Below are positions 15,538-24,703 of a DNA stretch of 30,389 bases, in pieces. This stretch comes from Cyclobacteriaceae bacterium (GTDB taxonomy: Bacteria; Bacteroidota; Bacteroidia; Cytophagales; Cyclobacteriaceae): the NCBI GenBank assembly GCA_035327445.1, contig DAOLDI010000001.1, forward strand, positions 1 to 30,389. Direction: 5' to 3'. The notes beneath the pieces are model-generated. The model was not told the origin of the DNA, made no database searches, and saw only the letters and a program-made list of their open reading frames with translations. The position numbers and the translations under genes were made by a program. Position 1 is the stretch's first letter; every line of letters begins with the position of its first letter.

Positions 15538-16815
15538 ATGCAAGTAAAATCTGTAAGTACAAGTCAAGAAGCCATTACCCTTGAAGACAAACATGGGGCA
15601 CATAACTATCATCCACTTCCGGTTGTACTGGCAAGAGGCGAGGGTGTTTTTGTGTGGGATGTTGAGGGTAAAAGATATTATGATTTTTTATCTGCTTATA
15701 GCGCAGTTAACCAGGGTCACTGTCATCCAGGCATAATTGCCGCATTGGAAGAGCAAGCAAAAAAACTTACACTTACTTCAAGGGCTTTTTACAATAATAT
15801 CCTTGGCGAGTATGAAAGATTTGTAACTGCCTTTTTTAGCTTCGATAAGGTATTGCCTATGAATACCGGTGCTGAGGCTGTAGAAACGGCCATAAAAATT
15901 GCACGCAAATGGGGGTATGAAAAAAAGCAAATTCCAGCAGCTGAGGCTCTTGTAGTAGTTTGTTCTCAGAATTTTCACGGAAGAACCACAACCATTATTT
16001 CTTTTTCTTCTGATGCCGGTGCCAGAAAAAACTTTGGCCCATATACTCCCGGATTTGTGAGCATACCCTATAATGATTTGAATGCATTAGCAGATGCATT
16101 AAAAAATCAAAACGTGGCGGCATTTTTAGTAGAACCCATACAGGGTGAAGCGGGTGTAAATGTACCTGCAGATGATTACCTGGAAAAGGCAGCCGCTTTG
16201 TGTAAGCAAAACAATGTTTTATTCATAGCCGATGAAATTCAAACCGGTATTGCACGTACGGGTAGTTTATTAGCTGTTTGTGGTAATTGTAGTTGTGAAA
16301 ATAAATGCGAGCAGCAAAATACTTATACTAAGCCAGATATTTTGATTCTTGGCAAGGCACTTTCTGGTGGTGTTTATCCGGTATCAGCTGTGCTTGCTGA
16401 TAATCATATCATGAATGTAATCACACCCGGAACACATGGTTCTACTTTTGGGGGCAATCCGCTGGGTAGCGCTGTTGCGATGGCGGCATTGAATGTGATT
16501 TATGATGAGGGCCTCATTCAAAACGCACGCGCCCTTGGTAAAATTTTCAGAGAGCGCATGCAAGCGCTTGCAGCAAAATCAGAGTTAATAAAATCAGTAA
16601 GGGGTAAGGGCCTGTTAAATGCTATTCTTATAAATGATACCCCAGAAAGTACTACTGCCTGGGATATCTGCATGCAATTGATGCATAATGGTTTGCTGGC
16701 AAAACCTACACATGGCAACATTATTCGATTGGCGCCACCCCTGGTGATGACCGATGATCAAATGCATGATTGCTGTGATATTATTGAGAAAACAATTTTA
16801 AGTTTCAAGAAGTAA
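15538..16815 (+). CDS. rocD: Ornithine--oxo-acid transaminase
   Basis: [79 protein letters not shown]; ATG at 15538. Confidence 0.96.
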   Translation: MQVKSVSTSQEAITLEDKHGAHNYHPLPVVLARGEGVFVWDVEGKRYYDFLSAYSAVNQGHCHPGIIAALEEQAKKLTLTSRAFYNNILGEYERFVTAFFSFDKVLPMNTGAEAVETAIKIARKWGYEKKQIPAAEALVVVCSQNFHGRTTTIISFSSDAGARKNFGPYTPGFVSIPYNDLNALADALKNQNVAAFLVEPIQGEAGVNVPADDYLEKAAALCKQNNVLFIADEIQTGIARTGSLLAVCGNCSCENKCEQQNTYTKPDILILGKALSGGVYPVSAVLADNHIMNVITPGTHGSTFGGNPLGSAVAMAALNVIYDEGLIQNARALGKIFRERMQALAAKSELIKSVRGKGLLNAILINDTPESTTAWDICMQLMHNGLLAKPTHGNIIRLAPPLVMTDDQMHDCCDIIEKTILSFKK

Positions 16816-16859
16816 TCCACTTAAGTACGTAGCTTAAAATACCGTTTTTATGGTATTTA

Positions 16860-16892
16860 ATACCTGAAATTTATACCTGAAATTTCAGGTAT
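16860..16892. repeat. 13-bp tandem duplication ending in a perfect 20-bp palindrome
   Basis: atacctgaaattt x2 (16860-16885); atacctgaaatttcaggtat (16873-16892) is self-complementary and overlaps the ATG at 16891. Confidence 0.85.
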
Positions 16893-17433
16893 GGAATATG
16901 GCTTTTATTCTGAATCGGGCTTAACCAGGCTATTGCTTACTGAGGAGGCAATTCGAATGATAAGAGGAGATGAGACAGTTAACATCTCTTACTCGTTTAT
17001 CAAGGAGGTAAGATTAATAAAAAGGCGAGATCACTTCTGCATGAAACTTATTCTTGATAACGGTTCTTCGCTGGATATTCCTAACTATTCACTTGGGCAA
17101 GATGGCGATCGAAAAGATCAATCAAGGTTATACAATACTTTTGTAAGGGTACTTCATATGTATCTTGAGCGCAAATGCAAAATTGATTATATAGCTCAAA
17201 CCAAACCCCGGAATTTATATATCGCCCTGGCAGCATTACTGATCCTTATCTCGGTATTGGCCATTTCCTTTATTCATATCACAGAGATCACAAATTATTT
17301 ATCTGTTGTAGTTTTTGCTTTTATTTTGATTTCTGTTACTATCTATTTAGTCTACAATAGTTTGGGTGCAAGTCAAAAGTATGAACCCAATAAAATTCCA
17401 CTTAAATCACTTCCTGATAATCTCCAATATTGA
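16891..17433 (+). CDS. Hypothetical membrane protein (soluble beta-rich N-domain plus two TM helices)
   Basis: 180-aa ORF; two hydrophobic helices at about aa 109-157; C-terminal YEPNKIP..LP. Confidence 0.75.
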   Translation: MEYGFYSESGLTRLLLTEEAIRMIRGDETVNISYSFIKEVRLIKRRDHFCMKLILDNGSSLDIPNYSLGQDGDRKDQSRLYNTFVRVLHMYLERKCKIDYIAQTKPRNLYIALAALLILISVLAISFIHITEITNYLSVVVFAFILISVTIYLVYNSLGASQKYEPNKIPLKSLPDNLQY

Positions 17434-17438
17434 TAAGG

Positions 17439-18179
17439 TTAGATAGTACCCATTCTTAGAAAGATAGGAAGTTCAACTCTTAAAGGTGTTGAACCTGGCC
17501 AAAATGCTTCAGCCCTCGCTATCAACTCATCTACAGGATTAACTTGATGTTGCAGCATATAATGCTGAACCGCAGACCATGTATTTAAATATCCTTCAAG
17601 TTGAGCCAGTGTCCAATCTTGCTCTATTGAAAACTTCGGACATTCGATTTTCATATATGGGAAGGGAATATCTCTGTATGCATTTTCGATGTGTTTTCTT
17701 TCTGGGGCCCAATAAGCGCCAATGGTATTGAAATAAAAATCATGAATCAATTTATCGAGCTCATCGTTTATGCGCAGTAATTCATATCCCCAGGCAGCAA
17801 TTAATGCACTTGGCCTGGCTACTCTTTTAACTTCTATATTAAATGACTCAAAATTAAACCAATGCAAGGCCTGTGCAATCGTAATCAAATCCACAGAGCG
17901 ATCAGGCAATCCTGAATTTTCAGCCCGGCATTTAGCATAACAAACATTTTCAATTTCTGGAGCCTCTGCCAGTTGCTTCTCGCTGATATCAGTAGCATAC
18001 ACACTTGTGAAATATTTTGAGAGCACCTTAGCTACTTGTCCGTTACCGGTACCAACATCCCAGGCCAGACAATTATCAGGAATATGCTGAAGAATGAATT
18101 TATACAGTGCCTGCGGATACTCAGGTCTGAAGGTTTTGTACAAGGCTGAATGAGCAGAAAAAAGATCTTTTGATGACAT
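17439..18179 (-). CDS. Class I SAM-dependent methyltransferase (Methyltransf_11-like)
   Basis: Y..FRP.YP, AWDVGTGNGQ, ATDIS..QL, VDLITIAQALHWF; ATG at 18179 (the track uses the TTG at 18194). Confidence 0.9.
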   Translation of the reverse strand: MSSKDLFSAHSALYKTFRPEYPQALYKFILQHIPDNCLAWDVGTGNGQVAKVLSKYFTSVYATDISEKQLAEAPEIENVCYAKCRAENSGLPDRSVDLITIAQALHWFNFESFNIEVKRVARPSALIAAWGYELLRINDELDKLIHDFYFNTIGAYWAPERKHIENAYRDIPFPYMKIECPKFSIEQDWTLAQLEGYLNTWSAVQHYMLQHQVNPVDELIARAEAFWPGSTPLRVELPIFLRMGTI

Positions 18180-18339
18180 AGTACGATTTAACAAAAAAGA
18201 TTAAAAGATAAGCTCATTTACGGTTGATTGGCCTTTATGTTGCTTAAGCATCTATTAAACTCAATGCTTTGTCTATAAATACGAAAAATGCTTGTCAATT
18301 TATTTTTTGCTTGTTTATTTACATGATGTTTTTGTTGGC

Positions 18340-20262
18340 ATGAAAAATTGGACTCTCATAGTCGGTTTATTACTTGCGCCTTCTCTTGCATTTACACAAG
18401 AGCTTGACGTATTGTTAGACAGTGCTGTCAAATCTCAGGTTAACAGCTACACATATTTTTCAAAGGCAAATTCAATACTCAAGACAAATGCAGATTCATT
18501 AAATTTTCTGCAAGCAAAAACGGAAAGGGTATATAAAGAAGGCTTAAACGATTCTGTTATTTATTTCGGGAAACTCTACATTCAGAAACTGAAAGATGAA
18601 ACCATTAAGCAGGATGCCATCTTCATGGCCAGGCGGTTAAGCAGAACTTATATTAATCAAGGTGTTTATGAGTCTGCATTGGAGTTTGCACAATTGGCAC
18701 TCAAATATGCCGAGCAACTGAATGATGCCAACAACATTGCTTTTCAATTGGCAGATATTGCTGTGATTTATCATGATTTTGAAGATTACGAAAATGGCGT
18801 AAAGTATGGAAAGCTTTGCTTTCAGAGGGCAGTTGAACTTGGTGCAGAAAGTCAGCATCAGGCCTTTTGTTTAAATGCCATAGCCATCAACTTTGATGAT
18901 TGGGCTAAACCCGATTCAGCTCTTTACTATCATTTCAAGGTTTTTGAATTAGACCCCATGCCTGATTCTCTGTCTATTCAATTTACTTTTAACAATATCG
19001 GCAATACCTTGATGAAGAAAGGGGAGTATGCCAGGGCAGAGCCATTTTTTGCTACCTCACTTAAGCTGGCCAGAAAGCGCGCAATTCCTTACAGGTATTA
19101 TGCGCTTGCAGGTTCATTCACAAACCTTGGCCAACTCAAGAGCAAACAAAAACAATATGCGCAAGCGAGTATTTTTTTTGACAGTGCCTTGCATTACTCT
19201 TTGAAGTCCAACAGTCTTGAAAAAATAAGAGATACTTATTTTGATATTTACACTTTCCATAAAGAGCTGGGTAATTTTGAGAAAGCACTGTCTTTTCAGG
19301 ATAAATACTACACCTTAAGAGATTCCATATTTAGGATTGAAAGACTCAAAGCAGTGGGTGAAGCAGAAGCAAAATATCAGTCTGCCATAAAAGATAAGCA
19401 GTTGCTTGAGCGTGAAGCTGATTTGCTGGAAAAAGAAACACGCATAAATCAGATAATCATTATTGCAATTTTTCTGCTGATAACTATTGGCTTGCTTACT
19501 ATCATTTTGCTGCTGAACAGAAACCGCTTCAAAAAGAAGCAGGAAATTCTGGAAAAGGAAAAAGAAATCCACCTGAGAGAGGCGGCCATTCAATCGGCCA
19601 TTGCTTCGCAAGAAAATGAGCGAAGACGTTTTGCGCAGGATTTACACGATGGCTTTGGTCAGCTCATCTCCGCACTCAGATTACATCTTGACCAACTTGA
19701 CCAAGAGAAAAATCCGGAAAATAAAATGCGAATCTTCGAAAAGACAGAACAACTGATTGAAGAGATGCATAAAGAAATCAGGAACATTGCTTTTAATTTG
19801 ATGCCCACCGTGCTGATTAATCAAGGTCTTACTGCAGAGCTTGAGGAATTTGTTTTGCGATTAAACAGTGCCGGCAAGGTTATGATTAAGGTAAGTCAGT
19901 TTGGAATAAATGAAAGACTTAGCGAATTGCAGGAAATTAATTTGTACCGCATTGTGCAAGAATGGACCAATAACATCTTAAAATATAGCGCTGCCGACAA
20001 AATCGACATTCAACTGGTACAGCATGAAGATTCACTGACACTTACGATTGAAGATGACGGAGCGGGTTTTGATATAGCCAAGCTGTATAGCAGTAAAGGA
20101 AACGGCTGGAAAAATATGCAGTCGAGAATAAATCTAATGCAGGGTAAAGCAGATATTGACAGTAGAGAGGGGCAAAATGGAAGCACCTTGATAATTGAAA
20201 TTCCTTTGCAACATACTTTTGCAAAACAAATATCAGCTGAATACTTGAAAGAGGGGAACTGA
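18340..20262 (+). CDS. TPR-repeat sensor histidine kinase (HisKA_3 / HATPase_c)
   Basis: Signal peptide, periplasmic TPR-like repeats (FTFNNIGNTL, FTNLGQL), single TM, ERRRFAQDLHDGFGQ, LYRIVQEWTNNILKY, IEDDGAGF; ATG at 18340 preferred. Confidence 0.93.
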   Translation: MKNWTLIVGLLLAPSLAFTQELDVLLDSAVKSQVNSYTYFSKANSILKTNADSLNFLQAKTERVYKEGLNDSVIYFGKLYIQKLKDETIKQDAIFMARRLSRTYINQGVYESALEFAQLALKYAEQLNDANNIAFQLADIAVIYHDFEDYENGVKYGKLCFQRAVELGAESQHQAFCLNAIAINFDDWAKPDSALYYHFKVFELDPMPDSLSIQFTFNNIGNTLMKKGEYARAEPFFATSLKLARKRAIPYRYYALAGSFTNLGQLKSKQKQYAQASIFFDSALHYSLKSNSLEKIRDTYFDIYTFHKELGNFEKALSFQDKYYTLRDSIFRIERLKAVGEAEAKYQSAIKDKQLLEREADLLEKETRINQIIIIAIFLLITIGLLTIILLLNRNRFKKKQEILEKEKEIHLREAAIQSAIASQENERRRFAQDLHDGFGQLISALRLHLDQLDQEKNPENKMRIFEKTEQLIEEMHKEIRNIAFNLMPTVLINQGLTAELEEFVLRLNSAGKVMIKVSQFGINERLSELQEINLYRIVQEWTNNILKYSAADKIDIQLVQHEDSLTLTIEDDGAGFDIAKLYSSKGNGWKNMQSRINLMQGKADIDSREGQNGSTLIIEIPLQHTFAKQISAEYLKEGN

Positions 20263-20264
20263 GA

Positions 20265-20282
20265 ATACCCAACAGTACGGAT
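20265..20282 (+). promoter_or_regulatory. Candidate response-regulator operator, copy 1 (ATACCCAACAGTACGGAT)
   Basis: 16/18 identical to the reverse complement of 21010-21027. Confidence 0.5.
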
Positions 20283-20368
20283 GGTTTATTAATTTGTGAA
20301 CAATTTGATTTGTTGCTATGAAGTTGACATTTTCATGGCATTATTTTTTAGCTGATAAATCAGTGAGT

Positions 20369-20989
20369 ATGATGAAAACGCTTTTGGTTGATGACCATGC
20401 CATTTTACTGGATGGAGTTCGCGCTCTGCTTGAAAAAGAAGAAGATGTAAGCATTGTGGCAACAGCATCTTCGGCAGAGCAGGCACTCGATTTACTCAAA
20501 CAGCATCAACCCGATTTGTTGATTACAGATTTCAATCTGCCCGGTATGGATGGCCTCTCGCTCATCCGAAGGGTAAAGAAAATCTTTCCGGAAATTAAAA
20601 TCATTGTGCTGAGCATGCACGATGAGACTCACCTGGTAAAGGAAATATTGAAAGAAGGTGTAAATGGTTATATCCTCAAAAAAGATTCGCATAAAGAGTT
20701 AAGCGAAGCGCTTCAGCAAATCAGAAATGGTAAAGTATTTCTAAGCGATGAAATCAATAAGATGCTAATCCGGGGTTTAAACTTTCCTGATGATAACAAA
20801 TTACTGAGCGAGCGTGAACGCGAAATTCTTAAACTCATCGCTAAAGAGTATTCCAACAGGCAAATTGCAGAAGAATTATTTATTTCTGAGCGTACTGTAG
20901 AGACACATCGCAAAAACATTTTCAGAAAAACAGGCACAAGCTCTCTGGTAGGCCTCATTAAATTTGCCTACGCCAATAACCTCATTTAA
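20369..20989 (+). CDS. NarL/FixJ-family response regulator (REC + LuxR HTH)
   Basis: LLVDDH, phosphoacceptor LITDFNLPGMDG, GYILK, LSEREREILKLIA.EYSN.QIAEELFISERTVETHRKN. Confidence 0.96.
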   Translation: MMKTLLVDDHAILLDGVRALLEKEEDVSIVATASSAEQALDLLKQHQPDLLITDFNLPGMDGLSLIRRVKKIFPEIKIIVLSMHDETHLVKEILKEGVNGYILKKDSHKELSEALQQIRNGKVFLSDEINKMLIRGLNFPDDNKLLSEREREILKLIAKEYSNRQIAEELFISERTVETHRKNIFRKTGTSSLVGLIKFAYANNLI

Positions 20990-21009
20990 TACATTCAAAT
21001 AAGCCTCTT

Positions 21010-21052
21010 ATCCGTGCTGGTGGGTATACTGATTTACCCCCTTGTTCGGATG
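21010..21052. promoter_or_regulatory. Inverted pair of candidate operators (copies 2 and 3) upstream of the 588-aa gene
   Basis: atccgtgctggtgggta-N8-tacccccttgttcggat; both halves fit TACCC-N4-GYWCGGAT. It could also act as a weak terminator stem. Confidence 0.5.
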
Positions 21053-21176
21053 TTTTTACCCTGCTAATTCTCCCAACTTTCGGAAAGTAAAAAGCCACAG
21101 ATGCAGCTCACTAAATAAATTGTGCCGCTAATCTTATGGCTAAAAAATGTGAATCTTAAATTTTAATCTGAGAATT

Positions 21177-22943
21177 ATGAAACGGAATTTGCTTACGTGG
21201 GCATTGCTGTTGGTCTTGTTACCAGTGAGTGCTCAAATTGTTTTGGAAAAGGAGGTTGACCTTACCGGTAAGTCTAGGATGAGAGGCTACCTCGGTAATC
21301 TCATTGTTGACGATGCCAAACAACAGTTTGACATGGTGTTTGTAACCAAATCAACGGGAAGAAGTGTGAAATATGAAGTCTATCAATTTGATTATGACTT
21401 TAACCTGCTCAACAACTTTGAAGAAGAAGAAGCAGTGAGTAAGTACAAATCGCGCAGAAGTAAATACAGGGGTGTTGATTTTGAGGTGATTGAAGGCGTA
21501 AGCTGTGAACCTAACAAGATAGGTAAACTTGTATTGAAGAAAACAGAAACGGAGTATAGCTTCAACTGGTGGAGAGGACAGTATGAAATAACCACGCGTA
21601 CACGTGGTAAAGAAAAGCCTAAGGAAATTGATGAAGATGGTAATACCAAGAAGAAGTTAATATACACAGCTCATAAAGACGACCCTTTGAATGGAAAATT
21701 GTTAGCGCTTGGCATGGTAAACCCTGGCCAAATGAAATACTTAAAAGAGGCTGAACGTGAATTTGTATTAATGGAGGTGGACAAAGACTTAAACATCACA
21801 ACTAAAGACCCCATTACATTTAAACATCCGCAAGCATTACTTTATAGTGGCGTAGTGGAAGATACTGATGATTGGGTACTTGTGTTTGCTCCTTATGGCG
21901 GCCAGGGTTATGGAAGTGTTGCAGATAAAGATCCTACCAACCTCACATACATCAAGGTAGATCCAAATGGTAAGGTGAAGGAGCGTTTCAATTTTAACAC
22001 AAAAGCAAATCTCTGGGTTATTTTTGATATGGTTCCTGTTGGTGACGACATCTATCTATATGGCATGGGAAGCATTGACAGTCCCGATAAAAAATATACC
22101 CGTCAGCCTTATGCATTAACTACAGATGTATTTACTGCAAGCTTCGATTATGCCATGCGTGATGGTCAAATTGAAAATCAAAAATACCAGCATCTGCAGG
22201 TGGTGAAGATAAGTGGAGGCAAAGCAGAATTTGTGTCAGCTACTTCCATTGCTGATATCAATGCAGCAGGTGCAAAACCAGATTCGCAAAAGAAGTTGAA
22301 AGACTTTAGTGGAAAGCAGTTCGTATTGAATGGATTTAATGTTACTTCTTCAGGTGATATTTTCATCAGCGGTCAGGATTTTACATTAGATGCAGTTGGC
22401 CAGGTACGCGGCAGAGTGTATAAAGACATGTTTATGTTTCACCTTGATAATACCGGAAACTTCAAGCGCTACTATGGCGTGCAAAGCACGGCAAAATCAG
22501 CTGGCTTGCTTGGTGGTGCCGGTGGAGCTAAATCATTTCCTTCTGAATTTTCAATTTATGAAGCGCCCAATGGCAAAGATTTATACTGGAATGTTTTCCT
22601 CGTAAAGGATATTGATGTTGATTGTGCAAAGAGCGAAAGTGTAAATCTTTTGGCCAATACAAAAACAACTACAACTACTTGCTCTTACACTCCACTATTC
22701 CAGGGCAGGTATAGCAAAATTGATATAGCTTCAGGAAAAATTGATGACTTCAGTGATTTTGGAGGAAAGAATTTTTACCTCTACATAGACCTTGAAGACG
22801 GAGGCAAAGGAAAAGATTTCCCGTATTTCAGAATAAACGGAGGTAAGCAAATTGTATATGTTGCGCGTGAGCGTAAAGGTGCCGGTGGTACCGACCGTTG
22901 GGGAAGCACATTATGGTTTGGTAAGCTTGACCCAAATAATTAA
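21177..22943 (+). CDS. Hypothetical exported protein, 588 aa, probably beta-propeller-like
   Basis: Signal peptide MKRNLLTWALLLVLLPVSA-Q; repeated short beta strands with D/G turns; no family recognised. Confidence 0.85.
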   Translation: MKRNLLTWALLLVLLPVSAQIVLEKEVDLTGKSRMRGYLGNLIVDDAKQQFDMVFVTKSTGRSVKYEVYQFDYDFNLLNNFEEEEAVSKYKSRRSKYRGVDFEVIEGVSCEPNKIGKLVLKKTETEYSFNWWRGQYEITTRTRGKEKPKEIDEDGNTKKKLIYTAHKDDPLNGKLLALGMVNPGQMKYLKEAEREFVLMEVDKDLNITTKDPITFKHPQALLYSGVVEDTDDWVLVFAPYGGQGYGSVADKDPTNLTYIKVDPNGKVKERFNFNTKANLWVIFDMVPVGDDIYLYGMGSIDSPDKKYTRQPYALTTDVFTASFDYAMRDGQIENQKYQHLQVVKISGGKAEFVSATSIADINAAGAKPDSQKKLKDFSGKQFVLNGFNVTSSGDIFISGQDFTLDAVGQVRGRVYKDMFMFHLDNTGNFKRYYGVQSTAKSAGLLGGAGGAKSFPSEFSIYEAPNGKDLYWNVFLVKDIDVDCAKSESVNLLANTKTTTTTCSYTPLFQGRYSKIDIASGKIDDFSDFGGKNFYLYIDLEDGGKGKDFPYFRINGGKQIVYVARERKGAGGTDRWGSTLWFGKLDPNN

Positions 22944-22981
22944 ACATGATTATATAGTTGCTTTAATCTGTACATTGCAAG

Positions 22982-23015
22982 AAAAGGTTTGGGGAGAAAT
23001 CCTCAAACCTTTTTT
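22982..23015 (+). terminator. Intrinsic terminator after the 588-aa gene
   Basis: aaaaggtttgggga-gaaa-tcctcaaaccttttTT: 14-bp stem with one G-U pair, GNRA loop, T-run. Confidence 0.85.
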
Positions 23016-23039
23016 ATGTTTTGTATGCTATATTTCGAC

Positions 23040-24185
23040 ATGGAATATCGCATAGACCTCTTTGCCCTCTTTATTCTGCTGGGAATTGTGCAGGCTATTT
23101 TTCTTTCATTCTTTTTTTTCGCTAAAGAGAACAGAAAAAATCCGGTTAATCTTTTGCAGGGCTGGTTATTGCTGGCCATTGCCATGCCCATGATAGAAAT
23201 TTTTCTGATGTACACAGGCTATATTCAGCACGTACTGCACCTGGTCGATTTCTCAGAGTCTGTTGCTTTGGCCATTGGCCCGCTTTTTTACCTGATAGTG
23301 CTTACCTCTATTGATGGCAGACTTCCTAAAAATTATTATTTGCATTTTATTCCTTTCGTATTGTATTCATTTTATCTCTTGTTTTTCCTTACGCTGCCAG
23401 AAGATGCCAAGTACAATGCCTGGATAGGTGCTTACCATCCTGACTTGCCCCGGAAAGAAATTATTTATCCACACTCGCATGATCCTATCGGCATCAGGTC
23501 AAGAATCACAGAAATTACATTGGCTTACCTGTTCATGTATGCTATCTTTTGTTTGATTGCCACCATCAGGGCTTTTCGCTTCAAGCAAGAATCTTTCTGG
23601 AGGCCGCAATCGAGAGTCTTGAAATCATTGCAGTTGGGTGTGTTCCAGTTGCTTTCTGTTACGCTTGTAGTTTTTATCGTTAAACTCCTGAATCTGCATG
23701 ATACCGGAGACCATTTGTATGCGGTGTATATTGCCCTGATTGTTTACCTTATTAGTTTTACCGTAATCAAAAACTCCAGTTTTTTCAAACCGGCTTCACT
23801 TACAGAAAAAGAGAAATACAAAAGCTCCTCACTTTCTGAAGAACAGCAGGAGATTCTGCTTCAGAAAATCAAACAAATCATGCAGGATAAAAAGCCTTTT
23901 TTGAATGCAGATTTTTCTTTGCCAGACCTGGCGCAAAGTATTGGCACAACTGTCCACATCACCTCACAATTGATTAACGAAAATCTGAATCAGAATTTTT
24001 TTGAATTCATCGCAGGCTACCGGATAAATGCTGCAAAGGAAATATTGCTGAATGAACCTTACCTTAAAATTGAAGAAGTAGCTGAGCGTGTGGGCTATAA
24101 TTCAAAATCTTCATTCAACACGGCATTTAAGAGAATTAGCAGACAAACCCCTTCAGAATTCAAGCAACAGCATGCTGCAGGATAA
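23040..24185 (+). CDS. Membrane-anchored AraC-family transcriptional regulator
   Basis: About 7 hydrophobic helices (LAIGPLFY, LHFIPF), then KYKSS.L, KPFLN.DFSL.DLA, F.EFI..YRI..AK, VGYNSKSSFN.AFK.....TPSEF. Confidence 0.92.
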   Translation: MEYRIDLFALFILLGIVQAIFLSFFFFAKENRKNPVNLLQGWLLLAIAMPMIEIFLMYTGYIQHVLHLVDFSESVALAIGPLFYLIVLTSIDGRLPKNYYLHFIPFVLYSFYLLFFLTLPEDAKYNAWIGAYHPDLPRKEIIYPHSHDPIGIRSRITEITLAYLFMYAIFCLIATIRAFRFKQESFWRPQSRVLKSLQLGVFQLLSVTLVVFIVKLLNLHDTGDHLYAVYIALIVYLISFTVIKNSSFFKPASLTEKEKYKSSSLSEEQQEILLQKIKQIMQDKKPFLNADFSLPDLAQSIGTTVHITSQLINENLNQNFFEFIAGYRINAAKEILLNEPYLKIEEVAERVGYNSKSSFNTAFKRISRQTPSEFKQQHAAG

Positions 24186-24702
24186 ATTTCTTCCGCAATA
24201 TCAGTTTAGCGAAAAGCACAGCATTGAAATAAACGCAAATGCTGAACAAGTGTATCATGGTATTTTGCAAATGAATTTTTCTGATTCATGGATTATTGGT
24301 TTGCTCTTTAGATTAAGAGGCTTGCCATCGGGCAGCATCCGCGGCATTGAAGGCCTGAAGGAAATGGGTTTTACTGTGCTCGAAGAGAAGCTGAACAAGG
24401 AAATCATGTTTGGCCTTGTTGGACAATTCTGGAAAGCAAATGGCAATATTCAAGTGATTAGCCCGCAGACTTTTTCTGAGTTCAATCAAAGCGATTTTGC
24501 CAAAACCACCTGGAACTTTGAAATCATCCAACACGATGATAAGCGCATCAGGTTAGAAACCGAAACAAGAATTCTCTGCCTCAGTGAATCAGTACGTAAA
24601 AGATTTTCCCGCTACTGGTTTTTTATAAGACCCTTTAGTGGATTAATACGAATGGAGATTTTGCGCATAATTAAAAAAGGAACAAAGAAAAATTCAGTAT
24701 AA
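24172..24702 (+). CDS. DUF2867-like protein
   Basis: D.FLP.Y.FSE.H, LFRLRG, GLVGQFWK, TETRI, RF..YW..IRPFSGLIR; ATG at 24172 overlaps the AraC 3' end by 14 bp. Confidence 0.75.
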   Translation: MLQDKFLPQYQFSEKHSIEINANAEQVYHGILQMNFSDSWIIGLLFRLRGLPSGSIRGIEGLKEMGFTVLEEKLNKEIMFGLVGQFWKANGNIQVISPQTFSEFNQSDFAKTTWNFEIIQHDDKRIRLETETRILCLSESVRKRFSRYWFFIRPFSGLIRMEILRIIKKGTKKNSV

Positions 24703-24703
24703 A

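Noticed and set aside
16860-16892. CRISPR-like or iteron array
   Set aside because: Only two 13-bp copies with no spacers, and no cas or rep genes.
17439-18179. Methyltransferase as the N-methyl-bacillithiol enzyme NmbA
   Set aside because: It is about 8 kb from bshC and shows only generic Methyltransf_11 motifs; nothing specific supports this assignment.
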